Source: Planctomycetaceae bacterium
GTDB taxonomy: Bacteria; Planctomycetota; Planctomycetia; Planctomycetales; Planctomycetaceae
Length of the DNA stretch: 64,000 bases
NCBI GenBank assembly: GCA_034439795.1
Contig: JAWXBB010000103.1
Location: forward strand, 7,423 to 71,422
Direction of reading: 5' to 3'
Shown here: one piece after another, positions 63,714 to 64,000 of the stretch
Position numbering within the stretch: position 1 is the stretch's first letter
How the letters are laid out: each line of letters begins with the position of its first letter
Notes under the pieces: generated by a model
What the model saw: the letters and a program-made list of their open reading frames with translations, nothing else
Database searches by the model: none
Told to the model about the DNA's origin: nothing
Position numbers and translations under genes: made by a program

Positions 63714-64000
63714 ATGTTCCACCTCCCGAACGCGCTCGACGACGTCTCCCGCCGTTCGTTCCTCGAATACACCGCGGCGGCGATGCTCGGCGTCACCGTG
63801 CTGCCCGGTGCGCTCGCCCTCGCCGCTGACGACAAGAAAGCCGCCAAGACCGCGGGGGGCGGCAAGCGGTCCGGTCCGGGGAAGGCCGAGCACGTCATCT
63901 ACCTGTTCATGACCGGCGCGATGAGCCACCTCGACACGTTCGATTGCCGCGGCAATCGCGAGAACGAGGCCGACACCAAGCCCATCCAAACGAAGGCCAC
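63714..64000 (+). CDS. DUF1501 domain protein, 5' partial (runs off the window)
   Basis: Read directly from the sequence; it is absent from the ORF track because there is no stop. MFHLPNALDDVSRRSFLEYTAAAMLGVTVLPGALALAADD is a TAT-like signal. HVIYLFMTGAMSHLDTFD is the typical DUF1501 N-terminus. Confidence 0.75.
   Translation, partial: MFHLPNALDDVSRRSFLEYTAAAMLGVTVLPGALALAADDKKAAKTAGGGKRSGPGKAEHVIYLFMTGAMSHLDTFDCRGNRENEADTKPIQTKA

Overview
High-GC (by eye mid-60s %) bacterial chromosome segment. The gene content points to Planctomycetota (inference): DUF1501 and DUF1549/DUF1553 proteins, a sulfatase, a PQQ-type beta-propeller, and two Hanks-type Ser/Thr kinases. About 50 protein genes are supportable. 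I saw no rRNA, tRNA or CRISPR. Main blocks: (1) ndh and a PAP2 phosphatase. (2) A tightly packed minus-strand cluster at 2848-11218 encoding a SWIM zinc-finger protein (split by a 1-nt frameshift in an A7 run), a HEAT-repeat protein, a MoxR/AAA_5 ATPase, a DUF5682-like protein and a CoxE-type vWA protein. This looks like the functionally uncharacterised E. coli yehI/yehLMPQ-type module and is my best candidate for an undescribed system. (3) A Ser/Thr kinase with LamG-like domains, a PLP decarboxylase, and secreted hydrolases. (4) A putative catabolic islet at 24.1-33.4 kb (SelA/DgaE-like PLP enzyme, DMFase-like protein, MFS transporter, amidohydrolase, enolase-superfamily enzyme, sulfatase). 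(5) murJ, a second kinase and a ChlI-like AAA ATPase. (6) A lower-GC two-gene islet at 43.4-44.2 kb. (7) A complete nuoA-N operon at 44246-60829 on the minus strand. It is interrupted by three accessory genes: a Uma2-family nuclease-like gene between nuoC and nuoD, and a zeta-toxin-like P-loop kinase plus a small ORF between nuoE and nuoF. (8) A DUF1549/DUF1553 gene, a small ORF and a DUF1501 gene at the 3' end. Intergenic DNA is unusually rich in structured repeats. These include an approx 220-bp palindromic MITE-like element (4 copies), a 12-bp-stem REP hairpin (8 copies, often as inverted pairs), approx 200-bp nested palindromes (4 copies), several unique palindromes with perfect 30-34-bp arms, and a small hairpin family with compensatory stem changes. 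Many long ORFs in the track are antisense shadow ORFs typical of high-GC DNA and were rejected.
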